This document shows positions 36,078 through 46,254 of a stretch of DNA of 64,000 bases, piece by piece. The notes below the pieces were generated by a model. That model was not told the DNA's origin. It searched no databases and worked only from the letters and a program-made list of their open reading frames with translations. The position numbers and the translations under genes are program-made. Numbering within the stretch: position 1 is the first letter of the stretch; each line of letters starts with the position of its first letter. The stretch lies in IMG/VR virus record IMGVR_UViG_3300035698_005365. The stretch is one strand, 5' to 3'. This stretch comes from an uncultured virus (IMG/VR IMGVR_UViG_3300035698_005365) (taxonomy: Duplodnaviria > Heunggongvirae > Uroviricota > Caudoviricetes).

Positions 36078-37077
36078 AGTAATTGAATTAGCACAGGAGT
36101 TTTGTGACGATGCCGTTGAAATAATGCTTGTGCTGAATGGTAACTTTTTACGTCAGTTTAGAGTAGGAGAAGAGTCTCCCCGTTTTGATAAGGAACAAGT
36201 ATTTTCTAGCAAAGAAATTGACTTTTCTAAAATGGAAATTCATAGATCTATTGTTTGTAATAATGGAGATATCTTATTTACATTAGACATTGACTTCCAC
36301 GATAAACAAATACAGGAGGGGCTCGCTCTAGCTAAGGAGGCTGCCCAAAAGATTGAAGATAAATTTCCAGGTATGTTCCTATGGTCATTCTCTGGACGTA
36401 ATATTCATGGACACGCATACATTAGATATAATAAATCAAATGAACAACATGTTGTAAGATATGGCCGCATATATGATTTCTGTAAATCAATTATATTCTT
36501 TATGAAGAATGAATTATATGTAGACCTCGACGATGTAATGTATCATTATAAAGGAACTATCAAAAGTATGGGCTCCTATCACAAAGTAACTGGCTTCTAT
36601 AAGATACCAATTACATTAGATATGGGCATCGATGAAATTCTGACTAGATCGGCAACCTTTGATTACGACGAGGATTACAAGATTCCAGATTTAGATGTTG
36701 ATTTAATTAGGAAGGTTGTGCCCATTTATGGATTCGATTTTAAGAAGACTAGCTATATGCCGAACACCGAAGATAAGGTGCCCGTTGATATGGCCAAGTA
36801 TCCATCATGTATGTTACAGATGATGAATATTAAAACTAAAGGAAATAAAATTAGATATGATCTATTACGATATTTCTTCTTCTTACATAAGAAGTCTGAT
36901 GCCAAGAAGGTTATGCGACTTATATGTACAACAGAGGAGTTCAATCATATGATGAGAGAGAAGCAATTCGACATGATATATGCTCGTAACTATCCTCCAC
37001 CTACTGCCGCCTATATTGAAGGTGAGTATGGATTCCCTTGTGATAGAGTTCATCCAACAATATTAAATACTGATTAA
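36067..37077 (+). CDS. Archaeo-eukaryotic primase (PriS-like) with C-terminal PriL/PriX-like helical domain
   Basis: TLDID, SFSGRNIH, DLDD; C-terminal YPSCM...RYDLLRYF. Confidence 0.7.
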   Translation: MTNKVIELAQEFCDDAVEIMLVLNGNFLRQFRVGEESPRFDKEQVFSSKEIDFSKMEIHRSIVCNNGDILFTLDIDFHDKQIQEGLALAKEAAQKIEDKFPGMFLWSFSGRNIHGHAYIRYNKSNEQHVVRYGRIYDFCKSIIFFMKNELYVDLDDVMYHYKGTIKSMGSYHKVTGFYKIPITLDMGIDEILTRSATFDYDEDYKIPDLDVDLIRKVVPIYGFDFKKTSYMPNTEDKVPVDMAKYPSCMLQMMNIKTKGNKIRYDLLRYFFFLHKKSDAKKVMRLICTTEEFNHMMREKQFDMIYARNYPPPTAAYIEGEYGFPCDRVHPTILNTD

Positions 37078-37078
37078 T

Positions 37079-37618
37079 ATGAAGAATATAGTATTAAGTG
37101 GGCCATCATCATGTGGGAAGACAAGTCTTTTATTAAGGTTACAGGAGCACGGCTATACTGCTGTTCCTGAATCAGCATCCAGTGTTATTATACGAAATAA
37201 GAAATTTGGAGGACCACTATTTGATACAGATCCAGTGGCCTTCCAACAAGATATATTTCAGTTAGCATATGCTAATGAAGAATATCATTTAAAGTACAGA
37301 CCTCATGGTCGAGCTATGTTTTTAGACAGAGCCCTCCCAGATGTTCTAGCATATATGAGATATTTAAAGGTACCCGTCACAAACAAACATAGAATAGATA
37401 TACCATTAAATAGATACAATATATGTTTCTTATTAGAGCCACTTTCATCTGATGAAGACAATGGAATTCGTTGGAAAGAAGATCATAGTAAAATATTAGA
37501 ATTACTGCGTGAAGAGTATGCGGCCATTGAGTGTCCAACCATATTAGTACCAGATATGGGACTAGAGGAACGAGTCCAATTTATTATAGACATAGTTGAG
37601 GGAAATCATAATGACTAA
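37079..37618 (+). CDS. NadR/AAA_28-type P-loop nucleotide kinase-like protein
   Basis: SGPSSCGKTS, VPESA, FLDRALPDVLAY. Confidence 0.8.
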   Translation: MKNIVLSGPSSCGKTSLLLRLQEHGYTAVPESASSVIIRNKKFGGPLFDTDPVAFQQDIFQLAYANEEYHLKYRPHGRAMFLDRALPDVLAYMRYLKVPVTNKHRIDIPLNRYNICFLLEPLSSDEDNGIRWKEDHSKILELLREEYAAIECPTILVPDMGLEERVQFIIDIVEGNHND

Positions 37619-39485
37619 ATTAACGGAATTAGGGAATTTAATATTCAAACAAAGGTATGCCATTAATCCAGAAGAGACCTGGGAACAGGCAGCAGATAGA
37701 GTAACCAATTGGGTATGCAGTAATGAGAGTGATGAATATAAAGCCTCACTATCATCAATGATTAAAAATAAAATCATTGTTCCTGCTGGTCGCACTATTC
37801 ATGGTTCTGGTCAGAAACCTTATGGGTTAGTCAATTGTTTTATATTAGATGTAGAAGACAATAGAGAATCAATTGCAGCCTTAATGAGTAATATGTATAA
37901 GATTACTTGTGCTGGTGGTGGCGTAGGTTGTAACTACAGTAAGATACGACCTAAAGGGGCCAACATCCAAGGTAATAAAGGATCTGCCCCAGGAGCACTA
38001 TCTGTCATTCAGATGATTGACGGCATTGGTAATGAAGTTAAGACTGGTGGCGGAAGACGATGCGCCCTTATGGGAATGTTGCAAATAGACCATCCCGATG
38101 TACTAGAATTCATAGATGCTAAGAGTGAGACGAATCGATTAAATAACCATAACGTTTCGTTAGTTATTACCAAGGACTTCCTTAAAAAAGTTAAGGAAGA
38201 CCTTCCAGCAACATTTACATTTGATGGCATCGAGTGGAAGACATATAAAGTTACTCGTATAGTTAAAGATAAGCCTGATGATACGGAGATATTACATATT
38301 AATGCTCCCAATAAAGAATATTTAAAAGTTAAACTAGAGAATCATTATAAAGAAAATTTCACAGATACCTTTGGTTCAGTTGAAATAAAGGGTATGCCTG
38401 CACGAAAACTATGGAATTCAATAGTTGACCACTCCATTCAATGTGGAGAGCCAGGTCTTGTATTTAAAGATAACATAGAGAGAAACTTTGCACCAAAGTA
38501 TTATGCAGACTGGGTTGCAACAAACCCCTGTGGTGAAGCAGTCACCGAAGCAAACGGCAATTGTACACTAGGTAGCATCAACCTATCTGAATTAGTTAAA
38601 GACGGTATGATGGACTGGAGCTTATTATATGATGCCATAACAAATATTGTCCGCTTTCTGGACAATGTTCTCGATACTAATAATTTTCCAACCCCCGAGG
38701 CAGCCAAACAGGCATTAGATTCTCGTAGAATAGGTGTTGGAGTTATGGGGTATCACTACATGCTAATTAAACTGGGACTTAAATATGGGTCCCCCGAGGC
38801 TATAGCTTTTACTCATAAGTTAATGAGAGTTATTCGTGATTGGACCTTCTTAGCATCAATTAAGTTAGCTAGAGAGAAAGGACCATTCCTTAAATTTGAC
38901 GCTGAAAAATATTGTGATAATGATTATACAAAAACCTTGGGACCTAATATTATTAATGGAATCAAGAAGTTTGGCATCCGTAATGTAGCGATTCTTTCTA
39001 TCGCTCCGACAGGAACCATATCAACAGTTATGGGCGTATCCTCGAGCATCGAACCAATCTTTGCCCCAGTATACGAGAGGAAGTTCTTTGATAAAAACTC
39101 ACTCAGAACTGAGTTAGTTTTCGATCCTCTATTAACTGAATTAGTTAAGGATGGAAAATCAATTGAACATATTGTAGGAGCATATGATGTGACACCTGAA
39201 GAACACATTAAGACACAGGCCACCATACAAGAGTATGTAGACCAGGCCATCAGTAAGACGATTAATATTTCAGCAGACTTTAAGAATGAGAATATGGCAG
39301 ATCTCTTATTGGAGTATAGTAATATCCTTAAGGGCGTCACCGTGTACAAAGCAGGAAGCCGAGGCAACGAGCCATTAAAGATTATTCATTTAACTGAAGA
39401 GGAAATCAAAGACCATCTTACAAAGAAAGATGTTAAGGTTGAATCTAAAAATCAAGCGTGTGCAACTGGGGCATGTGAATTATGA
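37611..39485 (+). CDS. nrdJ: Class II (adenosylcobalamin-dependent) ribonucleotide reductase
   Basis: PAGR, NCF, GGGVG, TNPCGE, CTLGSINL, RRIGVGVMG, APTGTIS, GVTVYKAGSR, C-terminal CATGAC; no beta-subunit gene in the window. Confidence 0.9.
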   Translation: MTKLTELGNLIFKQRYAINPEETWEQAADRVTNWVCSNESDEYKASLSSMIKNKIIVPAGRTIHGSGQKPYGLVNCFILDVEDNRESIAALMSNMYKITCAGGGVGCNYSKIRPKGANIQGNKGSAPGALSVIQMIDGIGNEVKTGGGRRCALMGMLQIDHPDVLEFIDAKSETNRLNNHNVSLVITKDFLKKVKEDLPATFTFDGIEWKTYKVTRIVKDKPDDTEILHINAPNKEYLKVKLENHYKENFTDTFGSVEIKGMPARKLWNSIVDHSIQCGEPGLVFKDNIERNFAPKYYADWVATNPCGEAVTEANGNCTLGSINLSELVKDGMMDWSLLYDAITNIVRFLDNVLDTNNFPTPEAAKQALDSRRIGVGVMGYHYMLIKLGLKYGSPEAIAFTHKLMRVIRDWTFLASIKLAREKGPFLKFDAEKYCDNDYTKTLGPNIINGIKKFGIRNVAILSIAPTGTISTVMGVSSSIEPIFAPVYERKFFDKNSLRTELVFDPLLTELVKDGKSIEHIVGAYDVTPEEHIKTQATIQEYVDQAISKTINISADFKNENMADLLLEYSNILKGVTVYKAGSRGNEPLKIIHLTEEEIKDHLTKKDVKVESKNQACATGACEL

Positions 39486-39679
39486 AAGACTTAACAACAA
39501 ATAGTAAACTTAATATTCCAGTTGGTGCCCATCGAGAGGCCGACAATAAAGAAGTTAGGAAAAGAAATATACAGTGCCCATATTGTAAAGCAACAGTGAC
39601 CCAAGTCAGTTCTAAACCAGGTATTGAAAAGAATATCAAATGTTGGAACTGCGGTGGACTTATGAAACATACAGAGTAA
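39482..39679 (+). CDS. Small Zn-ribbon protein
   Basis: CPYC...CWNCG. Confidence 0.6.
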   Translation: MKDLTTNSKLNIPVGAHREADNKEVRKRNIQCPYCKATVTQVSSKPGIEKNIKCWNCGGLMKHTE

Positions 39680-39683
39680 TAAC

Positions 39684-40613
39684 ATGGTATACAAAAATCA
39701 TAAAGAAATAACGTTATCTCCATCGTCAATAAATACATTTTATGGACATCCATATAAATGGTGGCTTACATATCATTGTGGCTATAAGACAGAACCCTCT
39801 ATTCATTTGGTTAAGGGATCCGCAGTTCATGCGGCACTTGAGAATATGTTCGAGGAACGTTTTTGGCTTGGTAACAAAGATTACAAAAACGTTCTACTAG
39901 AGAAAGCAATGTTCTATTTCGATCGTGAATGGACTGAAAGAAACCTTAGAGGAATTGAATGGACATTTAAAACTGAAGAAGAGAATGTTGCCCAGTTGCA
40001 ATTACATAAAGAGGATGGGCAGTTTATGGTCAAGTCCTTTGTAAATATTTTATGTAATCAAATTGAAGGAATGTTATATGGTGGCAAAGTTACAAGTGCC
40101 GGCATGGCCCTCAAACTATTACAACCTACCTTTAAAGAACAATACTTAAAGGAGCCCAAGCTTAAGGTGGCCGGCTATGTGGATGCAATATTTGATAACA
40201 ATGGTAAGATTACAATCATTGATTATAAGACATCTAATAAACATGATGATGGAATGCCTGAAGATTATGCACGTCAGCTAGCTATCTATGCTTATCTATA
40301 TAATGAAATTAAAGGCGTCATGCCAGCATGGGTTGGAATTAACTTTCTTCGATTCGGCCTCATGAATAATATACAAGTATCACCATCACTGATTGAATAT
40401 GCAAAGAATACCATATCATATGTTAGATCTTTCATTGATAATTATGATGAAGAAATTTGGTACCTACCGAAGCCAGAAGATATTAGAGAGAAGGATGGGG
40501 CCATTAAACAGGCCAACGGATTCTACTTTCTTGTGGACCATGAGAAGAAATTAATTCGAAGTCCATACAAGTTAAAGAAAATTAATCCAAAATTAATAGA
40601 GGCTGGCCAATGA
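39684..40613 (+). CDS. PD-(D/E)xK RecB/Cas4-like exonuclease
   Basis: LSPSSI, GSAVHAALE, GYVDAI, IIDYKTS, QLAIYA. Confidence 0.85.
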   Translation: MVYKNHKEITLSPSSINTFYGHPYKWWLTYHCGYKTEPSIHLVKGSAVHAALENMFEERFWLGNKDYKNVLLEKAMFYFDREWTERNLRGIEWTFKTEEENVAQLQLHKEDGQFMVKSFVNILCNQIEGMLYGGKVTSAGMALKLLQPTFKEQYLKEPKLKVAGYVDAIFDNNGKITIIDYKTSNKHDDGMPEDYARQLAIYAYLYNEIKGVMPAWVGINFLRFGLMNNIQVSPSLIEYAKNTISYVRSFIDNYDEEIWYLPKPEDIREKDGAIKQANGFYFLVDHEKKLIRSPYKLKKINPKLIEAGQ

Positions 40614-40975
40614 TAGAACTAACCAAGAAGGAATGTATATCATACCTTCAGCAATTAATAAAAATGTTGACTGATCAATTAGGAGAAGATACAAAATTAA
40701 TAATTAAACATCCAGTTAAGAATGTTTGTTTGTTGGCAACCACAAAAGAATCATTAGATCAATTAGAATCTTTTGTTCGTCTTCTTTCATCAGTAAATGT
40801 TTCCAATGCTAAGAAACATAAGTTTTATTTAGATCCAATTAGCAAATCTATACATAAGGCACATAAAGCCCCCGAAGCAATTATGGATAAGATCGAAGAG
40901 GAGATGCAAGATTATTTTCCAGAAGAAGTTCCAGTAGTTGATATTAAGCAAGAGTTAAACTCATATATAGGATGA
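40610..40975 (+). CDS. Hypothetical protein
   Basis: 121-aa ORF. Confidence 0.6.
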   Translation: MIELTKKECISYLQQLIKMLTDQLGEDTKLIIKHPVKNVCLLATTKESLDQLESFVRLLSSVNVSNAKKHKFYLDPISKSIHKAHKAPEAIMDKIEEEMQDYFPEEVPVVDIKQELNSYIG

Positions 40976-40980
40976 TTAAA

Positions 40981-41148
40981 ATGAACAATAAAGAAGAATT
41001 AAATAAACAAAAGAAATTATATCTAAGATTTGCTGCTAAGAATCCAAAGATTCATGATGCACTTATGGGGTCAATTATTGGCTCCTTTTGGATCGGTGGA
41101 GTACTCGGAATAATTATAGGCATTATAGCCGGTGTACTTATATGGTAA
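40981..41148 (+). CDS. Small membrane protein (55 aa)
   Basis: C-terminal GSIIGSFWIGGVLGIIIGIIAGVLIW hydrophobic glycine-zipper-like helix. Confidence 0.55.
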   Translation: MNNKEELNKQKKLYLRFAAKNPKIHDALMGSIIGSFWIGGVLGIIIGIIAGVLIW

Positions 41149-41663
41149 ATTACAAGAAGGCAGGTGCCGTCTTTGAAGATGAAGTTAAACGAGGCCTAGC
41201 CCTCGCTGCCCCATGGTATTTTAAGATACCAGATACGCAGATGCTTCACTTTGTCAATATACAATTGATACGTCTTGGGATGCATCCCATTACATTCCCA
41301 AAGGTGCCCGCTGACTTTATTGCCCATGGTGACTCTAGCAAAGTTTATTATATCGAAGCTAAGAATACCTACAGAAATAATTTCTTTATTTCTGATTCAG
41401 TTAAAGAGCATCAATTAGTAATTGGATGCACAGTAGATAGCATAGGCCCCCATTGTGATTATAGAATAGTCATTCATATGAAACAACATAAGCGGGTCTT
41501 TAGTATTAGACCATCAATCCTTCTTGACTTCTTAAAGGCTGGAAGATCTTCATTAAATGTAAATGAATTACATGAGCATGGAGAAGAACTTATTAGATAT
41601 ACAGAATCAAAGCACCCCACCAAAGCTGGGGCATTCGTAGACTTTACATCAATAATAAAATGA
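41142..41663 (+). CDS. Holliday-junction resolvase (RecU/Hjc-like)
   Basis: GAVFEDEV, KIPD, PADF, IEAKNT, KEHQ. Confidence 0.75.
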   Translation: MVNYKKAGAVFEDEVKRGLALAAPWYFKIPDTQMLHFVNIQLIRLGMHPITFPKVPADFIAHGDSSKVYYIEAKNTYRNNFFISDSVKEHQLVIGCTVDSIGPHCDYRIVIHMKQHKRVFSIRPSILLDFLKAGRSSLNVNELHEHGEELIRYTESKHPTKAGAFVDFTSIIK

Positions 41664-41751
41664 ATCCACATAGATCGTGGTGGTATTTTTATGATGAACT
41701 ATTAGACCCAGAGCGTAATAAGATTATACAAGATATACAGAGCAAGAAAAA

Positions 41752-42336
41752 ATGAAGATACTAATTATAGACTTAGAGACTGGTGGCCTATCCTGTAAAT
41801 ACCACCCCATTCTTACCATTGGCCTTGTGGCCGTTGAGTATAAAGAGAGTGGGGGCTTTACAGTTTTAGGCACAGAAGAATTGGCCGTCAAGCACGAGAA
41901 GTATAATTGCCAACCAATGGCCCTCAAGATTAATGGAATAAATATCCAGGAGCATGACAAGGTGGCCCTATCTCATAATGAAATAAAATTAAGGATTAGA
42001 AAATTCATTGCAAGGACTGGAACTAAAGGCGCCCCTCTTATGGGACAGAATCATATAAACTTCGATATTCCATTCTTGAGGAAGTTTTACGAAGAAGAAA
42101 AACTTCCTTTCAGTAGATATTATATTGACTTAATGAATCTATGGATAACCATGAAACACTCTGGCCTTATTCCATGGAAATTTAATAACAAGCTACAATC
42201 GATGGCAAATTTCTTTAACATCGATTACTCTAAGGCACACAATGCCCGTGATGATTGTCTTATTACATTAAATGTATATGATCATATATTAAGACTAATA
42301 AATAAAGATGAAAATATATCCAAACAAATACCTTAA
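41752..42336 (+). CDS. DEDDh 3'-5' exonuclease (DnaQ-like)
   Basis: IDLETGG, NFDIPFL, HNARDD. Confidence 0.9.
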   Translation: MKILIIDLETGGLSCKYHPILTIGLVAVEYKESGGFTVLGTEELAVKHEKYNCQPMALKINGINIQEHDKVALSHNEIKLRIRKFIARTGTKGAPLMGQNHINFDIPFLRKFYEEEKLPFSRYYIDLMNLWITMKHSGLIPWKFNNKLQSMANFFNIDYSKAHNARDDCLITLNVYDHILRLINKDENISKQIP

Positions 42337-42417
42337 TATATTTATTAAGGGTCCAACTAGTCAAGACGTTATATGTATAAGATCTCTTAAAGATCTAGAA
42401 AAAGGTGAATAAATAAA

Positions 42418-42606
42418 ATGAAAACAATGGAATTAATACAAGCAACAGCAACATTTTTAGAGAGAGTTGATTTGAAAGGAACTGAAGTAACTGCATTTTC
42501 TAAGGTTATGGATTGGTTAAGATTTGAAGCAAACGAACTGAAAATAGCACAGGGTAATGAAGAGCCATCAGCAGAACAGACAGAAAATGTCCAAGGTAAC
42601 AACTAA
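42418..42606 (+). CDS. Hypothetical protein
   Basis: AAGGTGAA RBS; FLERVDLKGTE. Confidence 0.6.
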   Translation: MKTMELIQATATFLERVDLKGTEVTAFSKVMDWLRFEANELKIAQGNEEPSAEQTENVQGNN

Positions 42607-43102
42607 GCAGGGCGATGGCGGTAAGACGCTCGTACGGCAAGGCATTAGACTATCTAAGGCCTCTATTGAGATAGAGGCAATAGGTATGTTTGATGAATTA
42701 CAAGTGGCCCTAGGGGGGCTTAACAGCTACTACAGTGACCCTCAGATTAATAGATTTATTACTAAGGTTCAACGACGTACCTTCTCATTTGTATCGAGTT
42801 TATTTAAAGGTGAGACGACGGCCCTATCTAATAAAGATATTACCGAGTTGGAGGAATTCCAAATTAAACTTGAACAGTCTATGGCCATCCCAGCTGACTG
42901 GGTATTAACTACTCCAGATAACTTTGCCTGCCAGTATGCACGAATTACATGCCGAAAGACTGAAAGAGCTGTAGTTAAGTTCATGGATGAGTTCGGAACT
43001 AACCCCAATAACGCACGCCTCCAAGTCTATTTAAACAGACTTTCAGACTTTCTATGGGTCTCTGGGTTCTTTATTTATAAAGGAACACCGGAACTTTTAT
43101 AA
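42587..43102 (+). CDS. pduO: PduO-type ATP:cob(I)alamin adenosyltransferase
   Basis: TKQGDGGKT, IEAIGMFDEL, RITCRKTER, YLNRLSDFLW. Confidence 0.88.
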   Translation: MSKVTTKQGDGGKTLVRQGIRLSKASIEIEAIGMFDELQVALGGLNSYYSDPQINRFITKVQRRTFSFVSSLFKGETTALSNKDITELEEFQIKLEQSMAIPADWVLTTPDNFACQYARITCRKTERAVVKFMDEFGTNPNNARLQVYLNRLSDFLWVSGFFIYKGTPELL

Positions 43103-43242
43103 AGGATAAATGACAATATATACTTAAGGGAGAACATAATACTCAATTATGTAGAGAATATAAATATTCGATACATTTCTTAACAAATATAAAAAATACC
43201 TAACAAACAGATTATGTAATCTAACAATATGGTGAATGATAT

Positions 43243-44028
43243 ATGAAACAAACGAAAACAAGACAAGCTTTGAAGATAGTTGCCGCAGTCGGCGTAGTTG
43301 CACTAGTTGGTGTAGGTGCTACATTGTGTGGAATCTCTTCACAGCAAGATACAATAGAGAGTTTAAATGCTCAAGTTGCAGTAGCAGCTGGACAATTAAA
43401 CGACACTGCATCTACTCTTTTAGCCACAAGTACAATCCTAGAATCTGCTAATATCCAAGTCGGAGAATTAACAGCTAACGTGGATTTACTTAATGCTGAA
43501 GCTGTAGAACAAGCTGCACTTAATGCTGAACAGGCTGCAGAAATTTTAGCACTTGGAGCTGTAGAACCAGTCGAAGTTGTTAATTATGATGCTGTACGTG
43601 ATGTATTAGTTGATTATCCATATGATGAAGATGATGAAACAGGTGTTGATTTACTTGATGATCTTAAGGATGATGAAGTAACTACTGAAATAATTGCCGA
43701 TCGTGCTGTTGCAGTTATCGATGCTATTAATTTAGCTGAACAATTAGCAGGAGATGCAGAGACATTAGTTGAATATATTGATGATGAAGAAGATATCTTT
43801 GGACGAGGAGACTTGAAAGAGTTCCGAGACAATGATGTCTATAGAGTAACCGTAGATAATGATAACACTATTGTTGAAGTTGAAGACTTTGATGATAAAG
43901 AATTCACAATCTTCGTTGAAGCTAAAATGAAACTTGATAATGATGATGATAAAGAAACTGTCAGAGTTATTGCTGAAGTTGAAGTTGAAGACGGCGTTGC
44001 TGAAATCGTTAATGTTGAATTAAAGTAA
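43243..44028 (+). CDS. Membrane-anchored or secreted acidic protein with coiled-coil stalk
   Basis: N-terminal hydrophobic helix IVAAVGVVALVGVGATL; D/E-rich C-terminus; TATA at about 43095, GGTGA RBS, hairpin terminator at 44051-44072. Confidence 0.7.
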   Translation: MKQTKTRQALKIVAAVGVVALVGVGATLCGISSQQDTIESLNAQVAVAAGQLNDTASTLLATSTILESANIQVGELTANVDLLNAEAVEQAALNAEQAAEILALGAVEPVEVVNYDAVRDVLVDYPYDEDDETGVDLLDDLKDDEVTTEIIADRAVAVIDAINLAEQLAGDAETLVEYIDDEEDIFGRGDLKEFRDNDVYRVTVDNDNTIVEVEDFDDKEFTIFVEAKMKLDNDDDKETVRVIAEVEVEDGVAEIVNVELK

Positions 44029-44111
44029 TTTAACAATTTTTAATTTTTAGTTCCAGGTTTATATCTGGAACATTTTTTTATTTTTTTTAATTTATTCGGA
44101 GGTGATTTATA

Positions 44112-44192
44112 ATGCCAAATAAAGATAGAACAGGTCCAAATGGAAAGGGTCCACGCACAGGGCGCGGCCGAGGAAATTGCGACCCAGAGTAA
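44112..44192 (+). CDS. DUF5320-like micro-protein (26 aa)
   Basis: MPNKDRTGPNGKGPRTGRGRGNCDPE matches MPxxDxTGPxGxGPxTGRGxGxC; GGAGGTGA RBS; hairpin and T-tract after. Confidence 0.65.
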   Translation: MPNKDRTGPNGKGPRTGRGRGNCDPE

Positions 44193-44271
44193 AATACTAG
44201 GAAACTAGTATTCTTTTATTTTTTTAATATCTTTTTATATTCATTATTGGGGAGGACCTAGGTGACTTATT

Positions 44272-45042
44272 ATGACAAAAAAAATTGAACAAACTCTTGT
44301 TATAGGCGATATTCATTTCCCATATCAAGACAAGCGCGCCATCAAATTAATTCTAAATTGGATTAAAGAATATAGACCAAACAAAATAATTCTCAATGGA
44401 GATATTATTGACTTTGATCAATTCGCAAGATTCCCAACTCCAGTTAAACGCTTAGTAGAACTACCAAAAGATATCAAGACAGCGCAATCATTCTTCGCTG
44501 CAATTCGTAGATATGTACCAACTGCAGAAATTATATATCTCGTCGGAAACCATGAGCGACGTTTTGAAGCTAGCCTAATTACAGAGAACAAGGCACTACA
44601 AGCAATGGGAGTCTTAGACAACCTCTTTACAGTCGAACAGATATTAGATCTAAAAAAATATAATATTACATATTGGAATAAGACCAAGTACGGAAAGGAA
44701 TCCTATTTCGAATATAAAGATTTCTTAATCGGACATTTTTTAAATGTCCGCAAGGATGGGGCCTATACTGCGAAGGCGCTAGCAGATAGATTCTGTAAGA
44801 ATATTATCCAAGGACACGTTCATAGAGGCGGTGCCCACTTTAGAAAGATTTGGAATAAGAACGTTCATACATATGAAGGATTCTGTTTATGTGACATGTC
44901 CCCTAAGTATATTCTTAAACCAAATTGGCAGCAAGGCTTTATGGTTCTAACATCTGAAGTTGGAAAGAATAAAGTTTTCGTCCGACCAATCTTCATAAAT
45001 AATTATGAATTTGAATTTGATAGTAAAATCTATAGAGGATAA
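44272..45042 (+). CDS. Metallophosphoesterase
   Basis: GDIHFP, NGDIIDF, GNHE, IGH, QGHVH, NWQQGF. Confidence 0.85.
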   Translation: MTKKIEQTLVIGDIHFPYQDKRAIKLILNWIKEYRPNKIILNGDIIDFDQFARFPTPVKRLVELPKDIKTAQSFFAAIRRYVPTAEIIYLVGNHERRFEASLITENKALQAMGVLDNLFTVEQILDLKKYNITYWNKTKYGKESYFEYKDFLIGHFLNVRKDGAYTAKALADRFCKNIIQGHVHRGGAHFRKIWNKNVHTYEGFCLCDMSPKYILKPNWQQGFMVLTSEVGKNKVFVRPIFINNYEFEFDSKIYRG

Positions 45043-45045
45043 AGA

Positions 45046-46254
45046 ATGGACAATAAGAAGATTATGTGGGTTAGCAACAACCCCTTATTGGTAACCGGGT
45101 ACGCCCACGTTACTAAGGAAATATGTAAACGATTGAGCGACAGGGGCCACGAGGTCTTTGTAGTTGGAGACCAATATATTGGACAGCCTACTAAGATGAA
45201 GGACTTCTTTGTTATGCCTAGATCCGATGCTGGTAAAGACTTATTATTTTCATGGATGAAGCAGGTTGATCCAGACTATGTTGTATTTTTAGAAGATACC
45301 TTTACTTTAGCAAAGCAGCAATTTGCTAATGTTGATTGGAGTCAAATGAAACCAAAAATCTTAATATATCATCCGCAAGATGGTTGGGGAATACCTACTC
45401 CAGGACTATCAGTTATGAAGGTTGCCGATCAGTTAGTAGCTATGTCTAAATTTGGACAAGAATTAACTAAGGTTGAGATGGACATTGATACGCCATTCAT
45501 TCATCATGGTATAGATCCTAAAACATTCAATCCTGTATCCAATGAACGTAAGATGGAGTTACGTAAGAAATATCAGATTCCAGAAGATGCATTTCTATTT
45601 TCATATGTTGGACGTAATAGTTTACGCAAGATGAATCAATTACTTCTTGAGACTATGGTTAAGTTTATGAAAGATCACAAGGATGTTTATTTTATGGGGC
45701 ATATTAGTAACCCAGGAGATGGCGGCCTTGATTTATATGATTTCTTAAAACGAGGAATTGCATCAAGAGCACGTAGTGATATATATGATGATGTAATTAA
45801 TAGTAATAGAATTAAATTCAATCCGAGAGCCCAATCATTAATGCTTGGTGCATCTAATGAAGAGATGGCAGAGATTTATCAAATGTCTGATTGTTATATT
45901 TCTTCAAGTTCTGGAGAGGGATTCGGAATGCCACTAACAGAGGCTATGGCCTGCGGCATCCCAGTAATCGCTACTGACTTTACAACAACAAAAGAATTAA
46001 TCCTTGACGGCCCACTAGAACCACGAGGCTTTGGAATAAAACCTCAAGCAATTTGGACAAGTTCTTTTAATGTAGATCATGCAATCTGGGATCAAGAAGA
46101 TGCCCTTAAGTGTATGGAACTTATGTATTCTGACGATGACCTAAGGGAAACTATGGGGAAGGCAGGAATAGAATTCATTCAAGACAATTGCCTTTGGGAC
46201 GACCTAGTTGATAAATGGGAAGTAGTATTTGAAAACACTGAAAAACGAAAATGA
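45046..46254 (+). CDS. Glycosyltransferase family 4 (GT-B)
   Basis: TGYA, IHHGID, VGRN, EGFGMPLTEAMACGIPVI. Confidence 0.9.
   Translation: MDNKKIMWVSNNPLLVTGYAHVTKEICKRLSDRGHEVFVVGDQYIGQPTKMKDFFVMPRSDAGKDLLFSWMKQVDPDYVVFLEDTFTLAKQQFANVDWSQMKPKILIYHPQDGWGIPTPGLSVMKVADQLVAMSKFGQELTKVEMDIDTPFIHHGIDPKTFNPVSNERKMELRKKYQIPEDAFLFSYVGRNSLRKMNQLLLETMVKFMKDHKDVYFMGHISNPGDGGLDLYDFLKRGIASRARSDIYDDVINSNRIKFNPRAQSLMLGASNEEMAEIYQMSDCYISSSSGEGFGMPLTEAMACGIPVIATDFTTTKELILDGPLEPRGFGIKPQAIWTSSFNVDHAIWDQEDALKCMELMYSDDDLRETMGKAGIEFIQDNCLWDDLVDKWEVVFENTEKRK

Noticed and set aside
38210..38400. Insertion in NrdJ as a possible intein
   Set aside because: About 60 aa, with no N-terminal Cys/Ser block or C-terminal His-Asn splice motif
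39684..40613. Cas4 as part of a CRISPR system
   Set aside because: Lacks the four-Cys Fe-S cluster pattern and cas neighbours; best read as a viral recombination exonuclease
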